From the NCBI GenBank assembly GCA_965242865.1, contig CBDETK010000013.1, forward strand, positions 4,672,001-4,736,000: a DNA stretch of 64,000 nucleotides, read 5' to 3'. Both the position numbers and the translations under genes were made by a program. Shown one piece after another: positions 1 through 10,038 of the stretch (its first letter is position 1; every line of letters begins with the position of its first letter). The notes beneath the pieces are model-generated. The model saw only the letters and a list, made by a program, of their open reading frames with translations, did no database searches and was not told where the DNA came from. This stretch comes from Candidatus Latescibacterota bacterium. Lineage in GTDB: Bacteria > Latescibacterota > UBA2968 > UBA8231.

Positions 1-1156
1 CGGCGACGAGGTCGGCAATCGTGGCATCGCCAAAGGTCGGCTTTCGGTTCGCGGGGATGATGGTCACGGTAAACGGCAGGATGGCCTGATCGCCATCGAC
101 GTCCGTGGCCCTGAAGGAGACGATAGCCGTGTCGGTCGCCGTTGCCGCGCCCTGCAACTGCTGCTGCACCGGATTGAACACCAAGCCGTCCGGCAGATTC
201 AACAGGCTGTACCGCAGGGGACCGTCGCCGCCGGTAGCCTGCGGCAGCGACCATAAGACCTCTTGATTCACCTCGGCGACGAGGTCGGCAATCGTGGCGT
301 CGCCAAAGGTCGGCTTTAGATCCGGGGGCGTGACGGTAATGGTGAACATCAGGGTGTCGGCGTCGAAATCGGCATCGCGGACCCGGTAAATCATGGTCTC
401 GGTGCTGTCGGTCTCGGTCGTGGGGGTGCCCTGCAACCAGCGGGTGTTGGCGTGGAACACCAAGCCCTCTGGCAGGTTGCCGAGCAGGCTATAGGTCAGG
501 GGGGTGTCGCCGCCGGTGGCCTTGGGCAGCCTCTGCGAGACAATCGGTTGGCGGACCTCGGCGACGAGATCGGCGATCATCGCGGTGGCTTCAAAAGACG
601 GCAGCAGATCCTCCGGTACATAGAAGTTCAAAGGTGTCAGGGGGTCAGATGTCTCCACCTCATCGTCTATTATTCGGATGGTCACCGTGGCGCTGAGACC
701 GTCGTGGGGCTCTCCACTCGCACTCGCAGTGTGGGTGATCGTCGTACTCTGCTTTTCGGGCGGATTGACTGTATCGTTGTCAACCGCTCTCACCGTTACC
801 TCCTGAGAAGCGAGTAGTGGGGTGAAGGTCAACTCCGGAGGCGATGGCGATACCACCTCCGCCACAGTAGCGTCGCCTGTTGACACTGTCACGGTGATAT
901 TCCCGCTCCCCGGCGTACCAACTGGTACCACTCGGTAGGTCGCCGTGCGGCCTTCACGTATCCTGATTTCAGATATGCTGATTTCAGGTATGCTGCTAGT
1001 GCCTTGCCACACCCGCAAATCCTGCGGCGTCGGCGTAACATCCTGCGCGTAGAGCGGCTCTGGGCCTAAAATTCCCGCGACGACGAGCGCGAACGCCCAG
1101 AAGTTGGAGGCCGGTGTCAGACGACTGCTGCTTCCTACAAAGGCTTCACTGAACAT
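1..1156 (-). CDS. Secreted Ig-like (putative Ig/cadherin-like) repeat surface protein, partial (runs off left edge)
   Basis: Not in the ORF track. Manual translation from ATG 1156 (GGAG RBS at ~1163-1166): MFSEAF...FALVVAGILGPEPLYAQ signal-like segment, a Calx-beta-like domain (VTVRAVDND), then repeats LKPTFGDATIADLVAEV...LPQATGGDGPLRYSL.NLPDGLVF; open to position 1. Paralog of 3702-7351. Confidence 0.8.
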   Translation of the reverse strand, partial: MFSEAFVGSSSRLTPASNFWAFALVVAGILGPEPLYAQDVTPTPQDLRVWQGTSSIPEISISEIRIREGRTATYRVVPVGTPGSGNITVTVSTGDATVAEVVSPSPPELTFTPLLASQEVTVRAVDNDTVNPPEKQSTTITHTASASGEPHDGLSATVTIRIIDDEVETSDPLTPLNFYVPEDLLPSFEATAMIADLVAEVRQPIVSQRLPKATGGDTPLTYSLLGNLPEGLVFHANTRWLQGTPTTETDSTETMIYRVRDADFDADTLMFTITVTPPDLKPTFGDATIADLVAEVNQEVLWSLPQATGGDGPLRYSLLNLPDGLVFNPVQQQLQGAATATDTAIVSFRATDVDGDQAILPFTVTIIPANRKPTFGDATIADLVA

Positions 1157-1213
1157 GACGAACTCCTTGGTTGGTGTTGAGCTATCCCTGCTTGGGCCGC
1201 TTAACCGAACTAA

Positions 1214-1945
1214 TCAGTGGGAGCGGACCGGCACGCCTTCCAGCAAGCCGCTCTGGTGCATGTCGATCCACTCGTCCATAAAGGTCTTGTTCCACTGGGC
1301 GGTTAGCGGATGGTCCATCATGTCGCGGTACACCGTCCACATGGTGACGAGCTCGTCGGCCCCGTCGCGGAAGGCGGCGTGCGCGGTCTCGACCGAGCGG
1401 ATGAGGGCGGCCATAATGAAGGGCCGCTGGCCCCAGCCGCTGAACATCTGGGCGCATTCGCGGATCAGCCGGGTCGGGTCGCCGCCCACTTCCTTGACCG
1501 GCTCGCAGAACGGCAAGATGTGATCGACCCCGGCTTGGGCGACGGCCGCAGCTTGCGTCAGGGAGAACACCGTGGTACAGAAGGTCTCGACCCCTTGGTC
1601 CTTGAGGATGCTAAATGCCTTGAGGCCGTTGACGTTGCAGGGGATCTTGAGGATGATCTGAGCGGACAAGTCGGTGAACACTTGCCCGACCTCCAACAGC
1701 TCTTCAACGCAGTGGCCGTCGATTTCTACCACTACGGGCTTGTCTGTGAGCGCGAGGTATTGTTCTATTAGGCCGATGACTGAGCCGCATTGCTTGGCGT
1801 ATTGGTTGAGCACCACCGTGTTGGTGACGATTCCGGCGATTCCGAGGGGCATCCACTCCTTTAGCTCGTCGGGCGATCCAGCGAGCCAGATGGTGGGGCC
1901 GCGGCCTTGGGCGCGGGCGATGGGAACGGGTCCGCTTATTGTCAT
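1214..1945 (-). CDS. Transaldolase / fructose-6-phosphate aldolase family protein (divergent)
   Basis: GIVTN, IILKIP (Schiff-base Lys), TTVFSLTQAAAVAQAG, IMAALIRS and HPLT motifs. Confidence 0.85.
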   Translation of the reverse strand: MTISGPVPIARAQGRGPTIWLAGSPDELKEWMPLGIAGIVTNTVVLNQYAKQCGSVIGLIEQYLALTDKPVVVEIDGHCVEELLEVGQVFTDLSAQIILKIPCNVNGLKAFSILKDQGVETFCTTVFSLTQAAAVAQAGVDHILPFCEPVKEVGGDPTRLIRECAQMFSGWGQRPFIMAALIRSVETAHAAFRDGADELVTMWTVYRDMMDHPLTAQWNKTFMDEWIDMHQSGLLEGVPVRSH

Positions 1946-2013
1946 AATCAGGTCTCCTGTGGTTTTGCAACGGTTAAGGGCTTGCAGTTATTGTTTATGG
2001 GAGCGACAGCAAT

Positions 2014-2382
2014 TTATCTATCCGCCATTATCTTTTTCGCCTTCAGGACGCCCTTTATTTCGGCAACCTCATTCGAGAGTACATCTACCTTGTCGTCAAG
2101 ACGGTCGACTCTATTCTCAAGTTGCCCCATTCTATGCTCCAGTTGTCCCATTCTGTTTTCAAGCTGTCCCATTTTATTTTCAAGCTGCCCCATTCTGTGC
2201 TCAAGCTGCCCCATTTTACTCTCAAGCCGATCGATTCTGCCCCCAAGCACACTTTCAAGTTGCTTGATTTTACCCTCAACCCGCTCAAACCCCGAGACAT
2301 TATAAGAAGTTGAGACGATTACAACCGTGGAAAACATGGCTACCACTAGGGTTAGTACTGCCATTAACTGCTTCCAATTCAT
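2014..2382 (-). CDS. Small membrane-anchored coiled-coil protein with heptad repeats
   Basis: N-terminal hydrophobic helix, then (MGQLE[HN][RK]) x5; GGAG RBS; AT-rich relative to flanks. Confidence 0.75.
   Translation of the reverse strand: MNWKQLMAVLTLVVAMFSTVVIVSTSYNVSGFERVEGKIKQLESVLGGRIDRLESKMGQLEHRMGQLENKMGQLENRMGQLEHRMGQLENRVDRLDDKVDVLSNEVAEIKGVLKAKKIMADR
2110..2230. repeat. 21-bp tandem repeat (~5-6 units) encoding heptads
   Basis: Units like tcaagctgccccattctgtgc repeated with a 21-bp period. Confidence 0.85.
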
Positions 2383-2489
2383 GATCTCCTCCTTTGATTG
2401 GTGAATTGGCGATTGGCTTTCATTGTAAGCAATATAATGATTGTTGAGAATGTCAAGAACCTGTCGAGGAAAAAGTCCATGGAGGTATT

Positions 2490-3641
2490 GTGAAAACCAA
2501 TCAGACTAAGGCCGCCCTGCTCGGAGGGGCAACGGTGGAGATCGTCGAAATCAACCGGATCTTCGACCCTGTGGTCGTCGAGCTCGCGGCCCAAGCGGGC
2601 TTTGGCTGCGTCTGGATCGACATGGAGCATTCTCACCTCGCGCTCGACGCGCTTTCGCAGCTAATTTTGGCGGCGCGGGCCACCGGGGTCAATTCCGTAG
2701 TCCGCATCGCCAAGGGGCCGTACAACCAAGCGATCAAGCCGCTGGAGTTGGGGGCCGAGGGCTTGGTTTGGCCCCATTGCAAGAGCGCGGACGAAGCGCG
2801 CGCTTTTGTGCGGATGGCCAAGTTCCGGCCGCTGGGCTTGCGCGGCGTGGGCTGCGGCCGAGATTCGCACTACGGCACGCTCGATGCCGCCGAGTACATG
2901 GAACGGGCCAATGCCGAGACCTTGCTCGGCGTGATGATCGAAGACGCCGAGGGCGTGGAGGCGGTGGAAGCGATTGCCGCGGTCGAGGGAATCGACTTGC
3001 TCTTCGTGGGGCCGAGCGACTTGGCGCACAGCTACGGCGTCGAGCGCGCCGGCGTCCCCCCCATAGAGCACGAGCGCGTGCAGGAGGCTTTCAGCCGCGT
3101 GGGAGCGGCATGCGCGGCCAGCGGCAAGGCCATGGGCACGGCCGTCGGCCCGGGCGCGTCCATGCGCCGCGTGGTTGCCAAAGGGGTGCGCTGGCTCAAC
3201 TGCTGCCACGAGATGGCCGCGCTCACCAGCGGCTTGCGTCGCGCTCGGCAGGCAACCGCTGGCGCCAAGCAGCTTACGCTCACTCAGCAGTTGTTGGCGT
3301 TGTATCACCGGGGCGAGTTGGACCTCGGCGACGTATCCGGCGCGGCCAAGCGGCACGATGTCAGCCGCAGCTTGGTCAAGCACTTGGCCAATTTTGTCCA
3401 GCACAAGGCGCGGTGTATCGAAGCCTTGCCCGAGGTGACGCCGTGGGTCGAGCGCATAGAGCAAGCCCTCGTGGATGGACGGCGCGGCTTGGCGTTGACC
3501 GATGCCTATTACGTCTGCCTAGCGGTGCAAAGCCTGCCCCAAGAGCGTTGGCTGGCCGTGCTGCAAGCGACCTTTGATCGGTGGGAGCCGGCCGCCACGG
3601 GTTCCTTTAAGACGTTTTTTGACGAGGTTAGAGAAACGTAA
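2490..3641 (+). CDS. HpcH/HpaI aldolase family protein with ~125-aa C-terminal extension
   Basis: WIDMEHS, VVRI, FRPLGLRG, VMIED, GIDLLFVGPSDL motifs. Confidence 0.85.
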   Translation: MKTNQTKAALLGGATVEIVEINRIFDPVVVELAAQAGFGCVWIDMEHSHLALDALSQLILAARATGVNSVVRIAKGPYNQAIKPLELGAEGLVWPHCKSADEARAFVRMAKFRPLGLRGVGCGRDSHYGTLDAAEYMERANAETLLGVMIEDAEGVEAVEAIAAVEGIDLLFVGPSDLAHSYGVERAGVPPIEHERVQEAFSRVGAACAASGKAMGTAVGPGASMRRVVAKGVRWLNCCHEMAALTSGLRRARQATAGAKQLTLTQQLLALYHRGELDLGDVSGAAKRHDVSRSLVKHLANFVQHKARCIEALPEVTPWVERIEQALVDGRRGLALTDAYYVCLAVQSLPQERWLAVLQATFDRWEPAATGSFKTFFDEVRET

Positions 3642-3743
3642 GTTCGGGTGCAGTGCGCGATACCTGTCGCCCGCCTTGCAAAAATTTGGAGCAATGAAAC
3701 AATGTTAGATAGTTTCCATAAGTCGTTGAAAAACAACAAGTTA

Positions 3744-3760
3744 CCCCCCCCCCCCCCCCC
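3744..3760 (+). repeat. Poly-C homopolymer (C17) in the 5' coding region of the surface-protein gene
   Basis: aagtta-C17-gaaaatt; in frame between ATG 3702 and ATG 3804. Confidence 0.9.
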
Positions 3761-6169
3761 GAAAATTCGGTCCCGAGTTTCGGCATCCGACAGCGTCCAG
3801 AAAATGAGGTGGCGTTGTGCTGTCAGTCTGGTGTTCGCGCTGCTCGTCGGCGCGGAGAACCTCTACGCGCAGACCACACCCGCGTTGGTGTTGCCGCGAC
3901 GTATTGGCGGCCTCAATGAACCCTCGGATACTCCTAGTATTATTACCTCTAGTATTATTACCTCTCGTACCTACACCGTGGCGCTGGAGACCCAGCCGAC
4001 CGGGGAAGTCACCGTGGCGGTGGCGAGTAACGACATAACCATAGCGACCGTGTCGCCTTCGAGCTTGACCTTCACTACGACGAACTGGAGCACCGGGCAG
4101 ACAGTAACGGTGACAGCGGTGGATGACGATGTAGATAATGGTTACCAGCGGCAGACGAGGGTCACCCACATTCCGAGAGGAGGTGGTTACGATGGGGTCA
4201 CAAGCCGCCCGATATTCGTCAATGTGCTCAACGATGACACGAAGGGGATACGTGTTCGGAACGTCAATTTGGCCGTGCTCGAGAGCGGTACTATGGACAA
4301 TGAGGTGTGGTTGGACAGCGAACCGACGGGGAATGTCAAGATACGCCTCACCAGTCAGGACCCAACGCGGGTGACCATAAGTGACGAGGACACGTTGTTG
4401 ACGTTCACTCCGTCGAACTGGGACACCAAGCAGACCGTGACGCTTTCCGGGGTAGATGACACGGTGAGTAACACAGGGCAGCCGCAACGGCAAGCGACCA
4501 TCAATCTTAGAGGAAGAGGTGCGGATTACGAGGGCCTCACCAATACAATGACAGTTGACGTCGTCGATGATGAGCCTATATCGCTCGGCACACTAGACGA
4601 GGGGAGCCAGACGACATACAGTGTGACAGTGCTCATGCACGTAGGCTGGTCCGATATAGTGCTAAATCCCACGAGCTCTGACCCCGACAAGGTGAAAGTC
4701 ACACCTACTGAATTGACTTGGACCTTAGATAGATCGAGACAGGGTCAGACCATAGCTTACTCGAACCGGGGTCAGACCATTACCGTAGAGGTTTTGGAAG
4801 GCAGCGATTCCGACGATGAGTCCGTCACGATTTCGCATCCGCTCGGCATCAGTACCCCTCCTCGGTGGATCCCAATACAGGACCACTACGTCATTCTTGG
4901 ACGACGTAGTAGTGTAGGCGCCCCCGTCGTGACCGACCCCGACACGGATTTACCCTCGACGGAGCCGGGTGCCGCCGATGGCGACAGCGACGCCGCCGAC
5001 CCCGACCCCAACACCGGAGCCCCCTTTGAGAATTTGCTGCCGGCTTTTGCGGACACCGCGATGATTGGCGATCTCGTCTTTGAGGTGAATCAAGCGATTG
5101 AGCCGTTGACGCTGCCGCAGGCTATCGGCGGCGACATGGCCCGCTGATGTATGGCCTGCTCGGGCAACCTGCCAGACAGCTTGGCGTTTCACGACAATGC
5201 CTCGAGACTGGTTGCAGCGGCACTCCCACCGACCGAGACTGGCCGCGCCGAGTGCCCATGCTATATCGGGTTTGGGATATTGACAACTTTGATGCCGACA
5301 CGCTGAAGTTCACCATCACGGTCACGGCCCCGGATCTGAAAGCCGACCTTTGGCGACGCCACGATTGCCGCCCTCGTTGCGGAGGTGGATCAAGCGGTGG
5401 CTTGGCCCCTGCCGTCAGGCTACCGGTGGCGATGGTGCGCTTGCGGTATAGTCTGTCGGGTTTGCCGGAGGGTTTGGTGTTCAATGCGGCGATGGCGGCA
5501 GGTGCAGGGCGCGGCGATGGCTACCGACACGACCGATCGCCACCTACAGCGGTCACCGATGCCGATGGCGATGCGGCCACGCTGCCGTTTGCCGTGACCA
5601 TCATCTCCTCGGATCTGAAAGCCGACCTTTGGCGACACGACAATTGCCGATCTTGTCGCCGAGGTGGGTGAAATGATTGAGCCGCGTAGACATTGCCGGC
5701 GGCGACTGGCGGCTACGGTACCCGTTGACGGTATCGCCTGTCGGAACCTGCCAGACGGCTTGGCGTTCCATGCCGACACCCGCCAGTTGCGCGGCGCGGC
5801 GGTGGCTACCGACACGACCGTCGCTATCTACACGGCCACGGATGTCGAGGGCGATGCCGACACGCTGCGGTTCGCCATCGCCATTATCGACCCGGATCGA
5901 AAACCGACCTTTAGCGACACGACGCTTGCGCCGCTGATGGCGACGGCGTGCCAACCGATTGCTCGGATGCTGCCAGCGGCTGTCGGTGGCGACGCTCCGT
6001 TGCGGTATAGCCTGTCGAACCTGCCGGACTGGCTTGATGTTCCATGCGGCGCGGCGTCAGGTGCAGGGCGCGGCGACTGGCCACCGACACGACCGTCGCC
6101 ACTTACGCGGTCACCGATGCCGATGGCGATGCGGCTTCCCTGCCGTTTGCCATCTCGATAAGAGGGTTG

Positions 6170-6890
6170 GACGCGCCCGCTTGGGTGCAGGCGGAAAACT
6201 ATCTCGGGGCCGACCTCGCTGGCGATTGGGATGGCGCGGTGCTGCTGACGTGGGCACTGCCGAGCCAACACGCCTTTGTCGAAGCCTACCGCATTTACCG
6301 CGAGGTGGAGATAACCCACAGCCCGGATGCAAGCGGCCGAGTGGTCGCGCTCGACGCCCCCCGCGGTGAGTTCATTCCGTGGGCGCGGGTCGATGCGGTG
6401 CCGGGCGTTTCGGTGGGGCGTACCATCGTGCAGACGCTGGATTTTAAGGCGACCCGCTGGGCGGTCGCCGCCGAGTGCGGCGGCCAACGCGCCTGCCTGC
6501 GGGTAACGGGCGATCCCGAATCGGGCTGTGGGGTTGGCTGTCCCCGGGACGCTCCCGCTTGGGTCCGTGCGGAAGATTACCGCGGGGCCGATCACGCGGG
6601 CGATTTGCGCGGCGCGGTGCTGCTGACGTGGGCGTTGCCGCGGGAACACGCCTTTGTTGAAGCGTACCACATTTACCGCGAAGTGCAGATAAGCCACGGC
6701 CCGGATGCAAGCGGCCGGGTGGTCGCGCTGGCCGAACCTCGCGACGAGTTCATCCCGTGGGTGCGGGTGGATGCGGTGCCGGGCGTTTCGCTCGGCAGCA
6801 CCATCGTGCATACGCTGGATTACCGGGCGACGCGCTGGGCGGTAGCGGCCGAGTGCGCTGGCCAGCGCACCTACTTGCGGATCACGTCGA
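6170..6890 (+). repeat. Two direct ~375-bp repeats encoding a duplicated domain
   Basis: DAPAWV.AE.Y.GAD.AGD..GAVLLTWALP...EFIPW.RVDAVPGVS...ATRWAVAAEC occurs twice (~6170 and ~6548). Confidence 0.85.
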
Positions 6891-7485
6891 ATCAGGCGGG
6901 CGGCACGAGTGAAGCGGTCCGGGCCAAAGCCGCGGCTCCGCAGGCACCGGTCGCCCTGCTGCCGGAAGCATTCGCCTTTGTTCAGCAGGGCACCGCCCCG
7001 CAGCAGAACAGCCCAGCCGCGCCGGTCGTGCAATCGGCGAGGACGGCGACCGAAGGGCGCGTCGGCTCCAGTGTTCCCAACACCCCGGTCGCGTTTGCTC
7101 TCGGCCCCAACTACCCCAACCCGTTCAACCCGGCTACGACGATTCAGTACGCGCTGCCGCACGCCGCCGAGGTGCAGTTGACCATTCACAATGTCTTGGG
7201 GCAGGTTCTCCACACCCTCGTCGCCGAGTATCAGCCAGCAGGTCGCTACGCTGTCCGCTGGGACGGACGCGACTTGGCGGCGGGGATGTACTTTTACCGG
7301 CTGCAAGCAGGCCCGGTCACTCGGGTCGGGAAGATGATCTTGCTCAAGTAGGACCGCGCCGCCTAGCCGGACAGCGTTCATCGGGCGAGGGCGATTGAAG
7401 GGCCTTGGCCCTTTGCGTACATTAGCCTCTTTCGCCGCCTAGCGGCTGGTATTTTTCTCAATTTCATCAACCCAAGGAGGGTATA

Positions 7486-7935
7486 ATGATCAAGCGTTTG
7501 CGGGGAAGTTTTCCCCTAGTCTTTTTCGGCCTGTTTCTCTTGGCCGGCTGTTATCATGCTACCGTTGATATGGGGCTTGCCCCGGGTAAGACGGTGACAA
7601 TGTGGAAGCATAGCTTTGTATATGGCCTCGTGCCGCTGGAGGTCGTTGAAGCCCAAAGCGTGTGCGCCAATGGCGTAGCCAAGGTTGAGACGCAGCATAC
7701 TTTTGTTAATGGCCTCGTGAATGCTTTGACCCTTGGCATATACGCGCCCATGACGGTAATGGTGACGTGTGCGGCCGACGACATGTCCTCGGCCGCGGTG
7801 GATTCCGCATCGGTTGTCACCGTGTCCTATCATTCGGATTACGAAGCGATCCTGGATGCCTTTGGCGAAGCTGCCGACAAGGCGGTAGCGGCCGAGCAGC
7901 CCGCGTACGTGCAGTTCAAGCGCGACTCGCTGTAA
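7486..7935 (+). CDS. Bor/Iss-family lipoprotein
   Basis: LAGC lipobox; HSFVYGLV...C.NGVAKVETQHTFVNGL...TLGIY.P...V.C pattern; strong AAGGAGG RBS. Confidence 0.8.
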   Translation: MIKRLRGSFPLVFFGLFLLAGCYHATVDMGLAPGKTVTMWKHSFVYGLVPLEVVEAQSVCANGVAKVETQHTFVNGLVNALTLGIYAPMTVMVTCAADDMSSAAVDSASVVTVSYHSDYEAILDAFGEAADKAVAAEQPAYVQFKRDSL

Positions 7936-7941
7936 CAACAA

Positions 7942-7983
7942 CCGGCCTCTGCGTTGCGATATGTGACGCAGAGGCCGGCCTTT
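7942..7983 (+). terminator. Stem-loop after bor-like gene
   Basis: ccggcctctgcgt ... acgcagaggccgg 13-bp perfect stem; short T tail. Confidence 0.6.
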
Positions 7984-8057
7984 AGAAGCGTTCTTAAAAC
8001 TAGGGTTTCCGTCTCAAAAAAGGTCGAGGTGCGCCTGACCACTAAAAAATGGCGTAA

Positions 8058-10034
8058 ATGAAGTGTTCCGCATTCAAGCGCATCGCCTGGTGGGGGCGCG
8101 ACCCCTTCGCGCTACTCATCGTCCTCCTCGCCGGGCTGGGCACCGCCCACATCCTCGTCCGCACCGCCACCTACGGCGCGGCCCTCACCGTGGACTCCAT
8201 AACTTTTCTGTCCACGGCCACGAACTTCCTCGCGGGAGAGGGCTGGCGGGATGTCAGGGGCAACCCGCTGGTGGGATGGCCGCCGTTGTTTCCCTTGCTG
8301 ATAGCGGCCTTAGGTTGGGTCGGCATCGACTTGGTGGAGGCCGGACGGTGGGTCAACGCCGCGGCCTTCGGGCTGACCATCCTCGCCGCGGGCGACTGGC
8401 TGCGCTCGAATCTCCGGGCACAGTGGCTGGTGCTGACCGCCACCGGGGCCATCGCGGCGTCCCTGCCCCTCACCCATTTCGCGTCCTACTGCATCACCGA
8501 GCCGCTCTTCGTCTTGTTGACGCTCCTCGCCTTGATCCAGTTGGCATCCTCCCGCAACCGGCGGACGGACGCACCCCTGTGGTGGGCAGCGGTTCTTACC
8601 GCGCTGGCCGTGCTGACCCACTATCTGGGCGCGGTGCTGATCGGCGCCGGCGTCCTCCTGCTGCGACCCCTCGCCCGGCCTAAGCACACCCTCGTCTTTG
8701 GCGCGGTCTCGTCCCTGCCCTTGTTGGCGGTATTGGCGGTCAATTGGGCGGTCTCCGAAACCTTGGCTGGCGACCGAACAGCACCGTCGGGGCAGTCCCT
8801 ATTCGAGAGGCTGCGCCAGACCGTCGAGGTGTTCCGCGAGTGGGTCGTCCCCCCGCACGCGCCGGATGGGTTGGCGTATCTGCTATGGCTGGCGGTCGGG
8901 TTCGTCGTCCTCGCTGGCGCGGTGGTCGTCTTGCGCGGTCGCCGACTGGGCCCAGCGGCCACGCCGGCGCAAAGCCGCTTGGGACCGGCGTTCCCTTTCG
9001 CGGTGTTCGCGTTGATCTACCTCGGATTCATGGTCGTCGTCGTGCCCTTCACGGTTGCTCAGGACATCGACAGCCGCTACCTGCTGCCGGTGTACCTGCC
9101 GCTGCTGTTGACGACGGTGTTGCTGCTGGATCGGTTCCTGTCTATCGATCGCGCCGGGGCGGCCCCTGTGCCGCGCATACGGAATCGGTTCCGTGCGGCG
9201 GGACGGGGCCGCGCCGCCTACGGGCTGGCGGCCCTCGTCCTGCTGGCGACCCTCGTCCACGTCGGCTACTCGGCGCGAGAAAATCTTCGTCTCACCGCCC
9301 GAGCGTATGCTGTCGGGTACAAAGACCGGACGTACAACGCCGCCCATTGGCGACGCTCCGAAACCTTGCAGTACCTCCGGGACCACCCTATAGAGGGCAG
9401 GATTTACAGCAACCACGCCGCCCTTGCTTGGTTTGCAGACCGGACCGCGGCCCCGGGCAAGTACCAAGATTTCCCGCCCGAGAGGCAGTGGACCGAGGTC
9501 GGCACTGGCGCGCATATCGTTTGGTTTGAGGGGGTCCATGCGGGCGATCGCTCCGGCGACGACCTCGACCTCCGTCTCCTGCCCGGCGTGGAAACCGTGG
9601 CCGAACTGGCCGATGGCGTGGTATTCCGCGTAACGGGCGCCGGACCGTTCCAGAAGGGACGCTACATGGAGCTGGAGGAACTCGTCAGACAGGCCACACA
9701 GGCTGGCGAGCAGGTGGTCCGCTCTGGCTGGGACGTGTACCGCAATGGACGCTGGTTGACGTACCTCAAGCAGCCGTGCGCTCCGGCGGACGCGCAGGCG
9801 AAGTTCGTCTTGCACGTCATCCCGGTCGATTTGGCCGACCTGCCAGCCGACCGCAAACAATACGGTTTTGATAATCTCGACTTCTACTTCAACCGGCGCG
9901 GCGTCCTGCTCGGCGACCAGTGCATCGCGCTCGTCCGTCTCCCGGACTACGCCATCGACCACGTCCGAGTCGGCCAGTGGATTGCCGAGGAGAACCAGCA
10001 CCTCTGGGGCGCAGAGTTTTTCCCGGACCAGTGA
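8058..10034 (+). CDS. Multi-pass membrane protein, GT-C (ArnT/PMT-like) glycosyltransferase with extracytoplasmic C-terminal domain
   Basis: DSITFL...WPPLFP...TEPLF, RYLLP motifs; more than 10 TM helices. Confidence 0.6.
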   Translation: MKCSAFKRIAWWGRDPFALLIVLLAGLGTAHILVRTATYGAALTVDSITFLSTATNFLAGEGWRDVRGNPLVGWPPLFPLLIAALGWVGIDLVEAGRWVNAAAFGLTILAAGDWLRSNLRAQWLVLTATGAIAASLPLTHFASYCITEPLFVLLTLLALIQLASSRNRRTDAPLWWAAVLTALAVLTHYLGAVLIGAGVLLLRPLARPKHTLVFGAVSSLPLLAVLAVNWAVSETLAGDRTAPSGQSLFERLRQTVEVFREWVVPPHAPDGLAYLLWLAVGFVVLAGAVVVLRGRRLGPAATPAQSRLGPAFPFAVFALIYLGFMVVVVPFTVAQDIDSRYLLPVYLPLLLTTVLLLDRFLSIDRAGAAPVPRIRNRFRAAGRGRAAYGLAALVLLATLVHVGYSARENLRLTARAYAVGYKDRTYNAAHWRRSETLQYLRDHPIEGRIYSNHAALAWFADRTAAPGKYQDFPPERQWTEVGTGAHIVWFEGVHAGDRSGDDLDLRLLPGVETVAELADGVVFRVTGAGPFQKGRYMELEELVRQATQAGEQVVRSGWDVYRNGRWLTYLKQPCAPADAQAKFVLHVIPVDLADLPADRKQYGFDNLDFYFNRRGVLLGDQCIALVRLPDYAIDHVRVGQWIAEENQHLWGAEFFPDQ

Positions 10035-10038
10035 TGGG

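Larger units (their letters stand above)
3702..7351 (+). pseudogene. Large secreted Calx-beta/Ig-repeat protein with C-terminal FlgD/T9SS type-A-like sorting domain; multiply frameshifted at ~5140-6080 (pseudogene or assembly error)
   Basis: Signal-like LVFALLVGAENLYAQ; LTFTTTNW.T.QTVTVTAVDD domains; Ig repeats continuing across frames; two ~125-aa repeats; C-terminal FALGPNYPNPFNPATTIQY...YFYRLQAG...KMILLK. Confidence 0.8.
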
